Notes: a model not told the origin generated them from the letters alone. Counted from the stretch's first letter, positions 8,174-18,497 are shown. The stretch: DNA of 59,436 bases from Candidatus Yanofskybacteria bacterium RIFCSPHIGHO2_01_FULL_41_21 (GCA_001794025.1 MGJA01000013.1:1-59436); one strand, 5' to 3'. Numbers and translations: made by a program.

Positions 8174-9247
8174 ATGGCAATCATCATTTCAAAAAACGGC
8201 AAGAACGCCGTTCGGATAGATAAGTCGACCTTCGATAAGGAGGACTATCTACAAAAGTATATTTACGATAATCCCGAGAGTATTCCTCTCTACGACATAA
8301 AAGAAGATATCCGGCTCCTAATTTTGGCTCGTGAATTTCCGACCAACAGTGGCCCGATTGATGCCATCGGCATAGACAAGGAAGGAGAGATATACATTAT
8401 TGAAACCAAACTATATAAGAACCCTGATAAAAGAACTGTTGTTGCTCAAGCCTTGGATTATGGCGCCGCCCTCTGGAAGCACTCAAGCAACTTTAACGAG
8501 TTTATTGCCATCCTAAACGAGAACGTCCAAAAAACATTCAGAGTTCCCCTTAATCAAAAACTCCAAGAATACTTCGGCCTATCAGAGGAAGAGCTAAACC
8601 AACAGTTGGATTTGGTGAAGAATAACTTAAGTGATGGCATTCTGCATTTTGTCATTCTAATGGACAATCTCGATGATCGGCTCAAAGACCTCATTCTCTA
8701 CGTTAACCAAAACAGTCAGTTTGATATCTACGCCGTTGAGCTTGAATACTATAAACACGATACCTATGAGATAATCATCCCTCGCATTTATGGGGCAGAA
8801 GTTAAAAAAGATATAGCCGTCAGTTCATCATCTTCCTTGCGTACGTCCTGGAATGAGGAGAAGCTTTTGAATCAGGCCAAAGAACTTCTGACCGACGAGA
8901 TATATACAAACTTTAAGAAGATTTATGACTTCTCCAAAGAATACGCTGATGAAGTCCGTCTTGGGACCGGACAAAATGGCTCCTTTAATCCTATCTGGCA
9001 TTCAGTGAGAGATAAATCGCTTTTTAGTCTATATGCAAACGGTCGGATGGGTATAAACTTTCATTGGCTTGTAAACGATGATAAATCTAATCTGGCAATC
9101 ATTGATAATTTTAAGAAAAAGCTTCAAGGAATAGGGTTTGAAATTCCTGATAACTATACCGAAGTAAGACCTGGCTATGATCCCGAAATATGGAGTCCCC
9201 GAACCGACCAATTCATTCAGGCAGTTAAGGATGTGGTGGCAAAATGA
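8174..9247 (+). CDS. PD-(D/E)xK nuclease-fold protein (NucS/DUF91-like N-terminus) with uncharacterised C-terminal domain
   Basis: Motif GPIDAIGIDKEGEIYIIETK (D ... E-x-K) in the N-terminal third; 15 nt after the Zn-ribbon gene. Confidence 0.5.
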   Translation: MAIIISKNGKNAVRIDKSTFDKEDYLQKYIYDNPESIPLYDIKEDIRLLILAREFPTNSGPIDAIGIDKEGEIYIIETKLYKNPDKRTVVAQALDYGAALWKHSSNFNEFIAILNENVQKTFRVPLNQKLQEYFGLSEEELNQQLDLVKNNLSDGILHFVILMDNLDDRLKDLILYVNQNSQFDIYAVELEYYKHDTYEIIIPRIYGAEVKKDIAVSSSSSLRTSWNEEKLLNQAKELLTDEIYTNFKKIYDFSKEYADEVRLGTGQNGSFNPIWHSVRDKSLFSLYANGRMGINFHWLVNDDKSNLAIIDNFKKKLQGIGFEIPDNYTEVRPGYDPEIWSPRTDQFIQAVKDVVAK

Positions 9248-9261
9248 TACTAAATACCCAA

Positions 9262-9296
9262 GCACAAAACGGCTAAAATCAGCCGTTTTGTGCTTT
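9262..9296 (+). terminator. Rho-independent terminator
   Basis: 13-bp stem GCACAAAACGGCT / AGCCGTTTTGTGC followed by TTT. Confidence 0.7.
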
Positions 9297-9335
9297 ACGA
9301 GAGGGCAAAATAGGGCTAAACTTAAGGAATAAACT

Positions 9336-12300
9336 ATGTCTCAACACGCTACCTCATATATTGCTGAAGTTTCTGAAAAATACAAAACCGGCCGTGCCGG
9401 CGAACATGCCTATCGACCTACTTTTGAGAAACTTGTTAAGACAATAGACAAAACTATTGGGATTATTAATGATCCAAAACGCACAGAATATGGCGCTCCA
9501 GACTTTATATTCGTAAAAGGTGAGCTAATAGCTGGTTACGCCGAGACTAAGGATATAGACGTAGATTTAGACAAGACTGTAAAATCCGAACAATTGGAGC
9601 GTTATTTCGGCTACTCCAATTTAATACTTACAAACTATCTCGAATTTAGATTTTTTAGAAATGGATCGTTATGCGGTGAGCCTATTGTTATAGGAAAAAT
9701 CGATGGTGACACGGTCAAAATTATTGACGAATCCGCAGGTACTTTAGAAAATGCCATTAAAGATTTTCTTATTTCTCAGCCGGAAGCGATCAAGAGTGGT
9801 GTTCGTTTAGCGAAAATTATGGGTGGTAAGGCTCGTCGTATTCGTGACAATGTTAAACAATTTCTCACTAAAGAATCTGATGAGAACAAAGAGCTTGGAA
9901 AGATTTATGGTACTATCCAACAACTTTTAGTTCATGATCTCGACCCGAGTTCCTTTGCTGACATGTACGCGCAGACACTTGTTTATGGTCTATTTGTGGC
10001 TCGTTACCACGACGACTCACCGGAAAATTTTTCTCGTAGAGAAGCCGGAGATCTTATTCCTGCTTCTAACCCTTTTTTGAGACATTTTTTCGACCACATA
10101 GCAGGAATAAACTTTGATCAGCGACTCGCGTATATAGTAAATGAGTTGTGCGAAATATTTCGGGTTGCCGATGTCCAGAAGTTGATGAGCGAATATTATG
10201 AGAAAAATCTTTTTGGCGAAGAAATTAAAGGACCCGATCCAGTAATCCATTTTTATGAAGATTTTCTTAAAGAATACGATCCTGTTTTACGAAAGAAAAT
10301 GGGTGCCTATTATACACCGCTACCGGTGGTCAGATTTATTGTCAAAACTGTTGACGACATCCTACGAATAAATTTTAAGCTAGCGGACGGACTCGCCGAT
10401 ACTTCAAAATTATCAAATGGCCTCCATCGTGTTCAGGTTTTAGATCCAGCCGTTGGTACGGGTACATTTATCAGTGCTGTTATTAGAAAAATTTACGAGC
10501 TCTTCGTAAGGACAAAACAGGAAGGTCGTTGGCCGACATATGTTCATCACGATCTTTTACCGCGCATTTATGGTTTTGAGTTAATGATGGCTTCGTATAC
10601 GATTGCCCACTTAAAATTAAGTATAGAGTTCTCAAAAACAAAATTTAAACACTTTAACAAGCGACTTGGAATATATCTAACAAATTCACTTGAAGAAATC
10701 GTAGATCAAAAAAGCCTATTCTCTGGATTTGGTCTTGCCGAGAGTATAACCGAAGAAGCAAAAGAAGCCGCTATTATAAAAAGCGAGAGGCCGATAATGG
10801 TAGTTGTCGGTAATCCTCCGTATTCGGGGGTATCAAGCAATACATTTTACACTGGACACGGTGTATACAAAACTGAACCGACCGGAGGAAAATTAAAAGA
10901 AAGAAACTCTAAATGGCTCAACGATGACTATGTTAAATTTATACGCCTTGCGGAAAGTATGGTTGAAAAAACTGGCGAAGGAATTGTGGCCATGATTACC
11001 GCTCACGGGTATATAGATAATCCAACTTTTCGTGGCATGCGGTTTCACTTAATGAAAACATTTGATGAGATATATGTGCTTGATTTACACGGTAATGCCA
11101 ACAAGGAAGAAAAAGCATCAAATGGCGATGATGATAAAAATGTTTTTGATATAAAAACTGGAGTAGCCATTTTTATTGGCATTAAAAATAAAAAAAGTAA
11201 AGATGGAATTGCCAGAGTGTCTTGTGCTGATTGTTTCGGTAGCAGGTCATCTAAATTCGAATTTCTGAATAGCAACTCCTTCAGTTCTATTAAGTGGAAG
11301 GATATTAATCCTTCTGCACCTAATTATGAATGGGTTGTTCGTGATACAAAAACGCAAGGAGAATATCAAAAAGGATTCTCTGTTAATGAGTTATTTTTAA
11401 AGTCTAGTGTTGGCATTGTTACTGCTCGTGACGAAATGTCTATACGGCTTACGAGAGGTGAGGTTGAGGAAGTGATTCAAGACTTTCAAAATCTGGATGA
11501 AGAAACATTAAGAAGTAAATATGATTTAGGAAAAGATGCACAGGATTGGAAGGTCTCATGGGCTAAAAAAGATATACTAGAAAATTTTGATAACAACAAA
11601 ATAGTGCCAATTTCTTATCGGCCCTTTGATGTTCGCTGGACTTGCTATACAGGTACATCAAGAGGATTTCATGTTCGACCCAGAAGTGAAGTTATGGCTC
11701 ATATGACAAAAGACAACCTAGCTTTAATTGTCCTCAGGCAAGTTAAGGCTGGTAAAAGTTTCCAACATATTTTTGTATCAAAAAATATTACTGAATCAAC
11801 CCTGGTTTCTAATAAGACAAGTGAGATAGGCTACGTATTGCCACTCTATAATTATGATCATAGCGATAAGCTCCCCAATTTAGATAAAAAGATTATTGCC
11901 GATTTCGAAATAATCGTGGGTAAAGTTTTGTCCGAAGATATTTTTGACTACATCTATGCGGTCCTTCATTCGCCGAGCTATCGTGAAAAATATAAAGAGT
12001 TTTTAAAAATTGATTTTCCAAGAATACCATATCCAAAAGACAAAGAAACTTTCAAAAAACTAGTCGCTTTCGGCAAAGAATTACGGCTACTCCATTTACT
12101 CGAATCTCCTAAGATTAATCAATCCGTCATTTCATACCCAGAGGATGGCTCGAATATAGTAGATAAAATATCCTATACAGATAGTAGAGTATTTATTAAT
12201 GCCACACAGTATTTTGGCAACGTGCCGGAAATTGCTTGGCAGTTTTGGATTGGCGGCTATCAACCAGCTCAAAAATGGCTTAAGGATCGCAAGGGCCGAG

Positions 12301-12401
12301 CTTTAACCAATGAAGATATCGAGCACTATCAAAAGATAGTCGTTGCGCTAGTTGAAACGGATTTGGTCATGAAAGAGATCGATAAATATCTAAAACCATG
12401 A
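9336..12401 (+). CDS. Fused restriction-modification enzyme: type IIG / helicase-less type ISP-like (PD-ExK nuclease + gamma-class N6-adenine methyltransferase + specificity domain)
   Basis: N-terminal GAPDF...GYAETK (PD...ExK). Methyltransferase motifs AYYTP, LDPAVGTGTF and NPPY (VVGNPPYSG). C-terminal type-ISP-like block YIYAVLHSPSYREKYKEFLKIDFPRIPYP. No Walker A or helicase motifs. Confidence 0.8.
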   Translation: MSQHATSYIAEVSEKYKTGRAGEHAYRPTFEKLVKTIDKTIGIINDPKRTEYGAPDFIFVKGELIAGYAETKDIDVDLDKTVKSEQLERYFGYSNLILTNYLEFRFFRNGSLCGEPIVIGKIDGDTVKIIDESAGTLENAIKDFLISQPEAIKSGVRLAKIMGGKARRIRDNVKQFLTKESDENKELGKIYGTIQQLLVHDLDPSSFADMYAQTLVYGLFVARYHDDSPENFSRREAGDLIPASNPFLRHFFDHIAGINFDQRLAYIVNELCEIFRVADVQKLMSEYYEKNLFGEEIKGPDPVIHFYEDFLKEYDPVLRKKMGAYYTPLPVVRFIVKTVDDILRINFKLADGLADTSKLSNGLHRVQVLDPAVGTGTFISAVIRKIYELFVRTKQEGRWPTYVHHDLLPRIYGFELMMASYTIAHLKLSIEFSKTKFKHFNKRLGIYLTNSLEEIVDQKSLFSGFGLAESITEEAKEAAIIKSERPIMVVVGNPPYSGVSSNTFYTGHGVYKTEPTGGKLKERNSKWLNDDYVKFIRLAESMVEKTGEGIVAMITAHGYIDNPTFRGMRFHLMKTFDEIYVLDLHGNANKEEKASNGDDDKNVFDIKTGVAIFIGIKNKKSKDGIARVSCADCFGSRSSKFEFLNSNSFSSIKWKDINPSAPNYEWVVRDTKTQGEYQKGFSVNELFLKSSVGIVTARDEMSIRLTRGEVEEVIQDFQNLDEETLRSKYDLGKDAQDWKVSWAKKDILENFDNNKIVPISYRPFDVRWTCYTGTSRGFHVRPRSEVMAHMTKDNLALIVLRQVKAGKSFQHIFVSKNITESTLVSNKTSEIGYVLPLYNYDHSDKLPNLDKKIIADFEIIVGKVLSEDIFDYIYAVLHSPSYREKYKEFLKIDFPRIPYPKDKETFKKLVAFGKELRLLHLLESPKINQSVISYPEDGSNIVDKISYTDSRVFINATQYFGNVPEIAWQFWIGGYQPAQKWLKDRKGRALTNEDIEHYQKIVVALVETDLVMKEIDKYLKP

Positions 12402-12916
12402 ATCTAGTTGAATTAATATGGCCACTACTATTACTAATCGTGTTTATTGTCGGCGGCATGTTTGTTTTTCAGATACTTTTTAAAAAATCTTCCAACAAAC
12501 CAGATCTTTCAGTTTACGAAAGGAAGCTATACTTATTTGACACAACCTCGGAATTCAATTTGTATAAAGTATTGTTGGAACTTTTTGGTGATAAGTATTT
12601 CGTTTTTCCTCAAGTTAATTACAGTCATTTAATACAGCCCAGAAAATCAACTTGGGAAGACGAGAGAAAACACAGAAGCCGTATTGATAGAAAGTCAGCC
12701 GACTTTGTTTTATGTGATAAAGAACGAATTGTCCCGCAATTAATCATTGAGCTGGATGGAGGGGTACATAATTTTAAGAGTAAGCAAGTCAGAGATGAAT
12801 TTATAGACGAGCTTACCAAAATTGTAGATCTTCCAATCCTTCACCTGAAGCCTGGTAGCCTAGATAAGGAATTTGTTAAGAACGAAATCAATAAAAAACT
12901 AAACAAAAATTATTAA
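12398..12916 (+). CDS. DUF2726-like (PD-(D/E)xK/Vsr-fold) protein with N-terminal TM helix
   Basis: SADFVLCDKE...IIELDGGVH...DLPILHL; start overlaps the R-M stop (ATGA). Confidence 0.6.
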   Translation: MNLVELIWPLLLLIVFIVGGMFVFQILFKKSSNKPDLSVYERKLYLFDTTSEFNLYKVLLELFGDKYFVFPQVNYSHLIQPRKSTWEDERKHRSRIDRKSADFVLCDKERIVPQLIIELDGGVHNFKSKQVRDEFIDELTKIVDLPILHLKPGSLDKEFVKNEINKKLNKNY

Positions 12917-12918
12917 GT

Positions 12919-13557
12919 ATGGAAGATATTAGTTTAGAAAATCTTAATAAAACCACCGATCCTGTTTTACAAGAGCAACAGGGGTATCCTTTAGATACGG
13001 ATTCTGATCTGGTTGAAAAAAGGCCAGAATTATTTACAAAAATTAAGAAAAAAACAATTAAGGTAGTATCCCTTTATTTACAATTGCTATGGAATGCAAA
13101 TCCGAACGGTAAAACAATAAATGTAATGGATTTAATACTGAACTCGCAAACTCTTTTTGGTACAAAATTTGAAACAAAAGATCGTTTTACAATACGGCAC
13201 ATAGCATCAGATCTCAGGGAAATTTACATATTTATGGATCCGACGAGTTTAAAAAAATGGTATAAAAATATCGATACTGAGAGACCAGATATTTCATCGA
13301 GAATTGACTTGAGCAGGGAAATAAAGAACTTTCTTAGTGAAATCGTCCATCTTAACTATCGTTCAAGTCATGAAGCAGTAAAAAAAGTTTCAAAATTAGT
13401 TAAAGACTTAGACAAAGAAGATCTTGATATACCAGATCAATTTGATAGATATATTGACCACAAAACTTTTGAAGATAGTTTTGATGCGATTTGTGTGATT
13501 TTTATATTTAATTTTTATAAAATATTTGCAGAATTTCTCTACGATGAGGGGACATAA
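12919..13557 (+). CDS. Hypothetical protein (212 aa)
   Basis: Long ORF 2 nt after the previous stop; no motif recognised. Confidence 0.5.
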   Translation: MEDISLENLNKTTDPVLQEQQGYPLDTDSDLVEKRPELFTKIKKKTIKVVSLYLQLLWNANPNGKTINVMDLILNSQTLFGTKFETKDRFTIRHIASDLREIYIFMDPTSLKKWYKNIDTERPDISSRIDLSREIKNFLSEIVHLNYRSSHEAVKKVSKLVKDLDKEDLDIPDQFDRYIDHKTFEDSFDAICVIFIFNFYKIFAEFLYDEGT

Positions 13558-13561
13558 AAAT

Positions 13562-16528
13562 ATGAACCAACTTGAACTACACAAAAAAATAGAAGAATTT
13601 ATTAAAGCAGGAACTGTGTCTGCGGATATTAAAGTTGCCCAAGAATTGATTAAAAACGAGGACGCTAAGCGGTTCTTCTTCTCCCAAACAGATGAGAGTT
13701 GGCTTAATTGGCTTTGGCAGAAAGGTTTTCTCGACGGAGTAAAAAGTAAAATGAAAGATTCTACCACATACTCAAACAGCATGGCGGAGCTTGATTATCT
13801 AACGAAAGTTGCAGGAAAAGAACCAGCCAAGGTTTCGGAAATTATTAATTCTATAAAAATTTCCGAAGTGAACTTTAATCCAGAAGTTGTTGGTCGCTTC
13901 TTATGGATTATTAGCGAACTTCCAGCAGAACAAATCAAGACACTTACAGCAAAAATTAAGGATGAGAAGTGGATTTATTTAATGCGGGGTTTTCGTAAAT
14001 CTGGTTATGAATTTGAAAAGATTATTAAGAAGCTTGTTGAGAAAAAAGAAAGTAGTGCGATTTTGGAGTTGGCCCAAAGCTTGCTTATTGTAAAAAGTAA
14101 AACAGAAATCTTGGAGAAAGAAAGTAGCTTCAGTATTGATGATCCATTCTATGTTAGTGATTTAGATGCGTCTGGTGTTTTTGAGGCTTTAGTCGACATT
14201 GCTGATTCTCACAAAGAAATGGCGCTACAGATTACAACTGGCATAATGGCAGAAATTATAAAATTGGCTGAGCCAGATGAGAGTAAGGTTTTTGATTATC
14301 GAGATCCATTTGCTCTATATGATGTTGATTTCTTTACTCTTGAAATTGAAAACAAGGGTAGTTCCTCATATAGAGAAGATGTTAAAAACCTTGCGGCAAC
14401 TATTAAACAGTTAATTAATAGAACGATTGGCAAGAAACTCAGTAATACCGATGATATAAAACGGTTATTTGGCTATACTGATAAATTACCCTCATCTCGT
14501 TCGATGTGGCGCTTGAGATTATTTGCCCTATCTCGGTGCCCGGAGATATTCAAAAAAGAGTTACGAGATGCATTTTTCAAAGTTTTTGAAGTTGGTGAAA
14601 GATATTTTGAGATTGAAGGAGGGGCCGAATATAATCAGGCACTTATACTTTGTTTTAGTTTCTTAAATCCAGAAACAGATCAGAGGGAATACGTTAAGAA
14701 AATCTTTGAATATTTTGGTGCTGTACTTGAAGATAAAGATAAGGAAGGGTGGAGAAAAAGAGATGGTCTAGAAAAGCTTAGCTTTATAAAAGAATACCTC
14801 ACTCCCGATGAGAAAGAAGAGGCCAAGAAAATATTCAATAAGTATCCAGATGAAATTAATGTTATACCTGAGCCGACAATCGGCAAAATGCATGTTGGCT
14901 CTGTTTCTCACAGATCTCCAGTAAATCTTGATGACTATACAATTGAACAAATTGCTGAAAATCTAAAATCGGAATGGACTCCAGAGAAGCTAAATGAACA
15001 ATTCAAAAACGATGATTTCTTTCAACCTAGGGGGGTTGAGGGTCTCGGCGATGCCTTAAAAGAAAATATTAAAAAGCGAACAAATGAATATCTAAAAAAT
15101 ATTAACTCATTCTTTGATAAGAATAAAGTTCATCCGCATTATGTTTATTCGCTTCTACGAGGTATTGAGGAAATGCTTCGTAATGATAAGAATTCCTTTG
15201 ATGTACCACAGATAGGACAAATTCTAAATTTATTTAACACAATTAAGACAGAAGGAATACGAGAACCATTCAAGCGGAAAGATGATAAATCGTGGCTACC
15301 TGATTGGATAACAGTCCACAAAGTATTAACGGATGTACTGCTTCTTATTCTAGAAAATAAAGAAAGAAAAGAAGAGATTCATAAGGAATACAAGGAAAGA
15401 TTCCGAGAGCTGATTTCTTACTTGTTTACTATTAAAGATAGTCCAGCGAAAGAGGATGAAAAGCCTGAATATGGCGAGCTATACGGCGTAGCGATTAATT
15501 CTGTCCGCGGGCGAGCTTATGAGGCATTCGTTGTGCTTACTGAAAATGATGGAAAAACACTTACCGATGACACCAAGGAACTTTACAAAAAGACACTTCT
15601 TGATGATTCTCTTGCAGTTCGGTTTGTTATTGGTCGTTATCTAGCATCATTCTATTTCCGCGATAAAGAATTTATAATTGGTCTACTTCCAGAAATCTTT
15701 CCAAAAGATGATCTAGTAAAAAAAGATATATATTTAGCGTCTTGGGAGGGTTATCTGTCGAATACCTTATACGATAAATTATTTGCTAAACTTAAAGTTT
15801 ACTATAGCCATGCAATCACGCTTGATCCCAAAGACTATACACAAAGAAAATATTTCAAGGGTCTTGATGAGTCTTTGGCAATTCATGTTGCACTTTCTTT
15901 TGCCCATCTCGGATTAGAGATAGTCGATCCTCTATTTGTAGAGTTTTGGAATAAGCCAAATATAAAGCGTCATCAGGAATTTATATCATTTATTGGTCGC
16001 AGTTGTTTGACGAGAGATCAGGCAGGAGATGAGTGGCTAGCAGAAAACAAAGTTAGCAAAGAAAAACTCTTTAAGTTTTGGGATTGGGCATTGGAAAATT
16101 GTCCGAAACTTGTTGAGCCGGAAGCTCTGGCAGGTTTCGGTTTTTGGGTAAATCCGAATAAAGAAGTCTTAGTCGATATAGACGTAATTGATAGAATGGC
16201 AAAAACCCTTAGAAAGTCGGACGGGAATATTGATTGGGATTATGGGCTAATGAGACGATTACCAATTTTTGCCGAAAAAAATGGAGATAAAACATTAGAG
16301 ATTATATCAAATTTCTTATTGGACTTAAAAGGTAACCTAAACCAAAACCGCCGAGCACCCTTATTTAGTATTGACGGCGAGATTAAGCAGTCACTCGAGA
16401 TTATATATAAGAATGGAGATGTAACCTTAAAAGAAAAAGTTGTTGGACTAATAAATAATCTTATCGAAAAAGGAAGTAGTATGTTTTGGGGCTTAAAAGA
16501 TGTGATAAAAGAAGACAAGATGCTATAA
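13562..16528 (+). CDS. Large all-alpha, repeat-like hypothetical protein (~990 aa)
   Basis: Uninterrupted 3 kb ORF (ORF track start 13526; ATG at 13562 follows the upstream stop). Helix-rich composition. No Walker, nuclease, TIR or SIR2 motifs seen. Confidence 0.6.
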   Translation: MNQLELHKKIEEFIKAGTVSADIKVAQELIKNEDAKRFFFSQTDESWLNWLWQKGFLDGVKSKMKDSTTYSNSMAELDYLTKVAGKEPAKVSEIINSIKISEVNFNPEVVGRFLWIISELPAEQIKTLTAKIKDEKWIYLMRGFRKSGYEFEKIIKKLVEKKESSAILELAQSLLIVKSKTEILEKESSFSIDDPFYVSDLDASGVFEALVDIADSHKEMALQITTGIMAEIIKLAEPDESKVFDYRDPFALYDVDFFTLEIENKGSSSYREDVKNLAATIKQLINRTIGKKLSNTDDIKRLFGYTDKLPSSRSMWRLRLFALSRCPEIFKKELRDAFFKVFEVGERYFEIEGGAEYNQALILCFSFLNPETDQREYVKKIFEYFGAVLEDKDKEGWRKRDGLEKLSFIKEYLTPDEKEEAKKIFNKYPDEINVIPEPTIGKMHVGSVSHRSPVNLDDYTIEQIAENLKSEWTPEKLNEQFKNDDFFQPRGVEGLGDALKENIKKRTNEYLKNINSFFDKNKVHPHYVYSLLRGIEEMLRNDKNSFDVPQIGQILNLFNTIKTEGIREPFKRKDDKSWLPDWITVHKVLTDVLLLILENKERKEEIHKEYKERFRELISYLFTIKDSPAKEDEKPEYGELYGVAINSVRGRAYEAFVVLTENDGKTLTDDTKELYKKTLLDDSLAVRFVIGRYLASFYFRDKEFIIGLLPEIFPKDDLVKKDIYLASWEGYLSNTLYDKLFAKLKVYYSHAITLDPKDYTQRKYFKGLDESLAIHVALSFAHLGLEIVDPLFVEFWNKPNIKRHQEFISFIGRSCLTRDQAGDEWLAENKVSKEKLFKFWDWALENCPKLVEPEALAGFGFWVNPNKEVLVDIDVIDRMAKTLRKSDGNIDWDYGLMRRLPIFAEKNGDKTLEIISNFLLDLKGNLNQNRRAPLFSIDGEIKQSLEIIYKNGDVTLKEKVVGLINNLIEKGSSMFWGLKDVIKEDKML

Positions 16529-16529
16529 A

Positions 16530-17303
16530 ATGAAATTTTTAACAGATTATGAGGACAAATTGACAGAGGTAGCAAAAAAAGAAGGACTTATCTGTCTCGA
16601 TGATTTCGAAGTTTTAAACTTTGATGGTAAGAACGCACTGGCCTTCCTTGAGCTGATTTCAAAGACCAGACTTTCATTAAATACTCTTGGAAATATTGAT
16701 CTTCTGACACATGATTTGATTAATTCGATATCACCAGATATTAAATTTTCTCTAGCTAATATTTACTTATATTTTCCGAGCGCCAATAACTTTCTCAAGG
16801 AAATTAAACATATGAATGGCCAGGATGTCCCTACTTATAACAGGACCTTATCCGATAGAAGATTCTTTTATTATATAAATGTGGCTTTTGAAAAACTCTA
16901 TAATTTTTGGGATAGGGTTGGCGATACCCTTGCAATGGCTTTCAAGCTAGAAATACCCGAAAAGGAAATATTCTTCGGTGGAGTTATAGACAAACTTTGT
17001 ACTCTCGGTATAGAGTCTGAAGAGCTACAATGGTTAAAAAAGTTCAAAGATTCTGATTACTCTACTTTTCTTAACCGTCTTAGAATTAAGATAGTTCACT
17101 ATAGACAGAAAGATAGTTACTTTTTTATGGAGTGGGTCAACAGTTTTACAAATACTGAACCTGGTAATATTGAACTTTTAGTGCAACTTCAAAAAGAAAA
17201 AGAAGAACTACCCGTGCTACTCAAGGAACAATTTAAATTAACAAATATTGGTTTCGAAAAAATGGTAAAGTTAATTCACTTTCATGGCCCCTATGAAAAG
17301 TAG
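16530..17303 (+). CDS. Predicted HEPN-domain protein (Rx4H motif)
   Basis: RIKIVH (R-x4-H) in LNRLRIKIVHYRQK within the helical C-terminal half; 1 nt after the upstream stop. Confidence 0.5.
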   Translation: MKFLTDYEDKLTEVAKKEGLICLDDFEVLNFDGKNALAFLELISKTRLSLNTLGNIDLLTHDLINSISPDIKFSLANIYLYFPSANNFLKEIKHMNGQDVPTYNRTLSDRRFFYYINVAFEKLYNFWDRVGDTLAMAFKLEIPEKEIFFGGVIDKLCTLGIESEELQWLKKFKDSDYSTFLNRLRIKIVHYRQKDSYFFMEWVNSFTNTEPGNIELLVQLQKEKEELPVLLKEQFKLTNIGFEKMVKLIHFHGPYEK

Positions 17304-17323
17304 TCTTCAATTTTAGTTAAAGA

Positions 17324-17620
17324 ATGAAAATAGAATCAAAACAACAAATTCTCAAACGGCGGAAAGAGATTGAGCAAGAGCTCGTGGATATGCTCAAGGA
17401 GACCAAGAGCGATTTTACCTTGGATCATGTTCGGGATGCTATTTTCCACGAGGAAGATAACGACGACATGATGAAAGTCGTGGCCATGTTTGATCGTGGT
17501 GGAGATGCTTCCGAGCTGGAGAATATCCTTGAATTAGTGACCGACGCATGGAATTACTTTCCACACAAATGCTTAAGCGGCCTTTGCCCAATGGAAAAAA
17601 TCGGAGTAGTATCACAATGA
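17324..17620 (+). CDS. Small acidic hypothetical protein (98 aa)
   Basis: ORF 20 nt downstream of the HEPN-like gene; no motif recognised. Confidence 0.4.
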   Translation: MKIESKQQILKRRKEIEQELVDMLKETKSDFTLDHVRDAIFHEEDNDDMMKVVAMFDRGGDASELENILELVTDAWNYFPHKCLSGLCPMEKIGVVSQ

Positions 17621-17636
17621 ATATATAATAAACTCA

Positions 17637-18467
17637 ATGATTAATCGTATTCTCAAACCACTCATTTATACCCTCGCCGTAATGGCAATTTTAGGTGTTG
17701 GAATTTGGATTGGCGGAAGCAGAGATAACAATTCTTCGATTACAGAGGAAACACAACAAGTCGCAAATACTGAAGATAATACTAATGGCGGGGTTTTAAA
17801 CGAAAATGGACAACCCCAACCGATTCAACCGCCAGATACTAGCTCAACTCGTCTTGTCAAAGTAACGAGAGTAGTAGACGGCGACACAATTGAAATAGAA
17901 GGCGGGGAAAAGGTTAGATATATCGGGATTGATACACCGGAGACCGTTGACCCACGCAAACCCGTACAGTGTTTCGGAGTAGAAGCGTCTAAGAAAAATA
18001 AGGAGATGGTTGAAGGTAAAATGGTGCGATTAGAAAAAGATATTACAGACAAAGACAAATATAACCGACTTTTGCGATATATCTGGCTGGACAATGTTTC
18101 TATAAATCTGGAATTGATAAAACAAGGTTTTGCTTACTCATATTCCTACCCTCCTGATATAAAGTATCAAGACCAATTTTTAAAAGCTCAGCAAGAGGCA
18201 CGCGAGGCAAAAAGAGGATTGTGGAACGCCTGCCCAACAGTTCAGGAGCAAACTGTCACGCCATCGATTTCTCCAGCGTTAACTCCAAAAAACAGTTTCT
18301 GTTTAATCAAGGGGAACATAAGCACTTCTGGTGAAAAAATCTACCATTTGTCAGGGTGTGGTTCTTACGCTAAAACAACAATAGATGAAGCTCGGGGCGA
18401 ACGTTGGTTTTGTACTGAATCTGAAGCCCAAGCCGCCGGCTGGCGCAAAGCACTTAATTGTCCGTAG
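17637..18467 (+). CDS. Membrane-anchored thermonuclease (SNase family) with C-terminal Cys-containing domain
   Basis: N-terminal TM helix; VVDGDTIEI...[10 protein letters not shown] SNase motifs; C-terminal [15 protein letters not shown]...[15 protein letters not shown] module. Confidence 0.8.
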   Translation: MINRILKPLIYTLAVMAILGVGIWIGGSRDNNSSITEETQQVANTEDNTNGGVLNENGQPQPIQPPDTSSTRLVKVTRVVDGDTIEIEGGEKVRYIGIDTPETVDPRKPVQCFGVEASKKNKEMVEGKMVRLEKDITDKDKYNRLLRYIWLDNVSINLELIKQGFAYSYSYPPDIKYQDQFLKAQQEAREAKRGLWNACPTVQEQTVTPSISPALTPKNSFCLIKGNISTSGEKIYHLSGCGSYAKTTIDEARGERWFCTESEAQAAGWRKALNCP

Positions 18468-18497
18468 GGGCAAAGTGAGACACGAGACATACTCTTT

